Shown: positions 61,311-64,000 of the stretch, one piece after another | Layout of the letters: each line of letters opens with the position of its first letter | How positions within the stretch are numbered: position 1 is the stretch's first letter | Assembly (NCBI GenBank): GCA_050287085.1 | Contig: JBNKBE010000006.1 | Span: 207,189-271,188 of the forward strand | Origin: Polyangiaceae bacterium | Lineage (GTDB): Bacteria > Myxococcota_A > Polyangia > Polyangiales > Polyangiaceae | DNA: 64,000 nt | Direction of reading: 5' to 3' | The notes under the pieces: generated by a model | The model's database searches: none | What the model was told of the DNA's origin: nothing | Seen by the model: only the letters and a program-made list of their open reading frames with translations | Program-made: the position numbers and the translations under genes

Positions 61311-61894
61311 GCCGCGAGCCCTCCGAATGGTCTGAGCGCTTCCTCGACAGCGCCGAGTTCAGCTTCGGCGACGATTCCACGGTGGAGGGCCTGCTGCGCT
61401 GCCTGCCGCAGCAGCTCCGGCGAGAGGCCGCCGCGTGCGCAGTCGTTGAGCGTTCTTCCCGCGTTGGTAATTGGTACGGAGCCGAACCACGTTCGGTCCG
61501 TGACGGACACGTCGTCGTGATGGAGCACGACACCGGGAGGCACGCGAAAACGACGCTGGCGCCAGGTGCTCGGGAGCGTGAGGTGTATCTGCGCCGGCAG
61601 CACGTCGGACAGGTCGTGCAGTACTAGCGCCGATTGGTGTGAGATGATCCCGACCTGCTCAGACCAAAGCCACGCGGTCACCAGCTCCTCGTGTTCGGTC
61701 GCAGGGAAGTGGACGAGGCGATAGATGCCGCGCCTCGACCGGGCGACACGTCCAGCTTGACTGTGCTTTCTGAGCAGGTGGGTGGAGTAGCCGGCCTCCG
61801 CGGCCTGTTGGGTGGTGAAGTAGCCAGCCTGCGCCGAAGCCAGCTCAAACAGCCGGTCCCAGTCCGGCTTGTTGGTGCTCTCAGGTCGGGCCAT
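61307..61894 (-). CDS. abiEi: AbiEi-family antitoxin / regulator
   Basis: ASAQAGYFTTQQA, RGIYRL, ISHQSALVLH.LSD, PITNAGRTLND; ATGA overlap with toxin. Confidence 0.9.
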   Translation of the reverse strand: MARPESTNKPDWDRLFELASAQAGYFTTQQAAEAGYSTHLLRKHSQAGRVARSRRGIYRLVHFPATEHEELVTAWLWSEQVGIISHQSALVLHDLSDVLPAQIHLTLPSTWRQRRFRVPPGVVLHHDDVSVTDRTWFGSVPITNAGRTLNDCARGGLSPELLRQAAQQALHRGIVAEAELGAVEEALRPFGGLAA

Positions 61895-61973
61895 GCACAA
61901 AACGTAACCCTGAGTTCCCTTTTGTGCAAGAAGCCGCCGCGCACAAAACGTAACTGTTGGTTCCCTTTTGTGC
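61895..61973. promoter_or_regulatory. Two tandem 33-bp imperfect palindromes upstream of abiEi
   Basis: GCACAAAACGTAAC-N5-GTTCCCTTTTGTGC at 61895-61927 and 61941-61973. Confidence 0.8.
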
Positions 61974-62031
61974 GCCCCTCGCCCTCGGACCTGCCACCGT
62001 CCTCGCGTGGTTCTTGTCGATGCACGGATGG

Positions 62032-62209
62032 CTACTGGGGACGTTTGCGGCAGAAGCAATACACGAAGGACTGGGCGCTGCCCCAAGGCGTTTCATGGAT
62101 CTCGGCAGCATCCCCCACCTTGTCGTAGAGGCCGCCAAATGCGGAGTGGATGCCGGCGGCATCGTAGAGAGCGCTCCAGATGGGGGCGGTACCAGCTGAC
62201 CTCACCTGG
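62032..62209 (-). pseudogene. Internally deleted class I SAM methyltransferase remnant
   Basis: N-terminal motif [13 protein letters not shown] joined out of frame to C-terminal [11 protein letters not shown]...[18 protein letters not shown]. Confidence 0.65.
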
Positions 62210-62948
62210 CCGCGTTCGCGGCTTGAAAGTGCGCGAGGAGCGCATCCTCGCTGACCGAAAGCTCGCCAAGCAGGGCGGGCAGATGGACGAACTACTGTCG
62301 TCCTGCTGGGAAGAGACGCTCGACGCGGGGCCCTACGAGGTCCCGGGCGAGGCGAAGCTCGACTGGGGCAAGGTGCTGCAGGGCGACCGCTTCTTCGCGC
62401 TGCTGATGGTCCGAGCGCTCACCTACGGGCCCAACTACGCCTTCGCGGTCGGCTGTCAGAACGCTGCCTGCCGGGCCCGTGTGGAGTGGGAGGTGAACCT
62501 CACCGAGCTCCCCGTTCGACAGTTGTCCGACGAGAGCCGAGCCGCGTTCCTGGATGGCAATCGCTTCGAGACCACGCTGCCCGACGCGGGGGTGCGGCTC
62601 CGCTTCAAGCTGCTGACTGGGGACGACGAGCGGAAGCTTCCGGCGCTTCAGCGCGCCTCGCAGGACCGAGTGCTCTCCGCCGTGCTTGCGTACCGGGTGC
62701 TCGACATCGACGGCGTTGAGGCCAAGGGCAAGCGCGCCTTTCTCGAAGATCTGACGATGCGCGACGCGGACCACCTCGTCGACGAGTTCGACCGCGTCGA
62801 CTGCGGCGTCGACACCACCATCGAGATCGAGTGCCCCGAGTGTTTCGCCACCCAGGAGGTCGAGCTCCCTTTCGACAAGGGGTTCTTCCTCCCGGGGAAG
62901 GACAGGACGGCACGACGGAGGGCGCGGAGCAACTCTTCCCCGAGGTGA
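62208..62948 (+). pseudogene. Tail assembly chaperone / baseplate-hub-assembly-like gene, 5' end lost
   Basis: [35 protein letters not shown] and CPEC Zn pairs, LPFDKGFF; lies between tube and tape measure; upstream frame is antisense methyltransferase debris. Confidence 0.65.
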
Positions 62949-63148
62949 CTCTCGATGGCTGGCGCGAGGGCCTCTTTCAGCTGTGCTGGCAACAGCACGG
63001 CGGTTCCGGTCTCGTCGCGCCGCTGGGACATGCTCTTGAGCTTGCGACCACGGATCGCGACTGGCGCCTCGAGCGCATCAACGAACAACGCACCCGCGAG
63101 GCGCGCGCCATGGAGAAGGCGGCGCGCTCCAAGAAGGGAGGGTGCTGA
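62945..63148 (+). CDS. Small gpT-like ORF before the tape measure gene (-1 frame relative to the chaperone)
   Basis: [15 protein letters not shown]...[12 protein letters not shown]; either GTGA-coupled start or frameshift product. Confidence 0.55.
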   Translation: MTLDGWREGLFQLCWQQHGGSGLVAPLGHALELATTDRDWRLERINEQRTREARAMEKAARSKKGGC

Positions 63149-63151
63149 GTC

Positions 63152-63814
63152 ATGGGCCTAAACAATATGGGCCTTGGCTTCGTGTTCACGGCCCGCGACC
63201 TGGCTTCGGGCTCGATGCGCCGGCTCGAGCGCAACTTCATGAGCCTCGATCAGCGCGTGGGGCTCGGCGCCGATCGCATCCAGACCTCCTTTGCGCAGCT
63301 CGGTGCGGGGCTCGCGCTCTTCACCGCAGGTGCCGCGGCCGTGGGCGCGGGACTGTCACTGGCGAACGCCGCTGGTCAGTTCGAGCAGGGACTCGCGGCA
63401 ATCGGCGCCGTCACCCGGGCAACGTCGGACGAGCTCGGCATGCTTCGCAACGCCGCCATCCAGGCTGGCATCGAAACGCAGTTTTCGCCCGACGAAGCGA
63501 TCGCTGGGCTCCAGTCCCTCGCGACCGCGGGACAGACCGCCACGCAGGCCACGCAGACCCTCATCCCTGTACTTGACTTGGCAGCAGGCTCACTGGGCCA
63601 GCTCGGCGTCGCCCAGGCCGCGGAAGCCGTCGTCGGTACGCTCAACGCCTACGGCATGGCCGCCAATCAGTCCGCTGGTGTGACGGACCGCCTGCTCCGG
63701 ATCACGCAGCTCACCAACTTCCAGACGCGGGACTTCGAAGCTGGACTCTCCAAGGCAGCGGCGACCGGTGCGGTCTTTGGACAGAGCTTGGATGACGTGC
63801 TCATCGGCATGGGC
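63152..63814 (+). pseudogene. TP901-type tail tape measure protein, N-terminal part only
   Basis: Own translation: [19 protein letters not shown]...[12 protein letters not shown]...[19 protein letters not shown]...VLDLAAG; breaks after IGMG into antisense IS66. Confidence 0.85.
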
Positions 63815-63960
63815 TTCGAGACGAACACGAAGAGATCGCCCACGGGGACATCGCGCTTCATGGCGCTTTGCACCACGACGGCGAGCGTGTTGAAGCTTCT
63901 GCGCATGTCGCACGGCTGGTCAAAGAGAAATACCTCGACTCCGCGTGGTAAGCCGATCAT
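63814..63960 (-). mobile_element. tnpB: IS66-family TnpB (Orf2) accessory gene, truncated
   Basis: [23 protein letters not shown]...GDLFVFVSK, then the family pattern stops. Confidence 0.85.
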
Positions 63961-64000
63961 GCGAGCGCCCTCACCAGTCGCGCTACGTCATCGATCGAAA
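63957..64000 (-). mobile_element. 3' end of probable IS66 TnpA (Orf1)
   Basis: [13 protein letters not shown] with ATGA overlap onto tnpB. Confidence 0.55.

Noticed and set aside
61895..62086. N-terminal extension of AbiEi in the ORF track
   Set aside because: It runs through the operator palindromes; the family-like sequence starts at ATG 61894.
61968..62207. N-terminal 80 aa of the 326-aa ORF
   Set aside because: Arg/Cys-rich read-through of the abiE promoter and antisense methyltransferase debris, not part of the chaperone.

Overview
GC-rich bacterial chromosome segment, inferred to be myxobacterial (Polyangiaceae/Sorangiineae-like, from the eukaryote-type Ser/Thr kinase plus TPR/PEGA pair and the DUF4388-J-domain protein). 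Positions 1-52.1 kb are mostly housekeeping: serC, tsaC, purD, ddl, hisZ, ChdC-like, obgE, dnaB, rplI-rpsR-rpsF, pth, rplY, prs, 2-oxoacid dehydrogenase E1a/E1b/E2, lipA, gatB, hisS, mutY, hemD, apaG, MATE, and an iscS-iscU-iscA-hscB-hscA-fdx operon headed by a Cys-rich MerR regulator instead of IscR. An initiator tRNA-Met (52132-52208) marks the start of an accessory island that runs off the window end. The island holds an intact, uncharacterised four-gene module (IrrE/ImmA-type HExxH peptidase, PIN-like nuclease, Beta-family protein, and a convergent Sce7726-type PD-(D/E)xK protein) and an intact AbiEi/AbiEii pair with two operator palindromes. These sit among collapsed remnants of a contractile-tail prophage-like element, a serine recombinase, a restriction-modification operon, a methyltransferase and IS66, fused at about six abrupt junctions. 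All family calls come from motif recognition by eye; no database searches were run.
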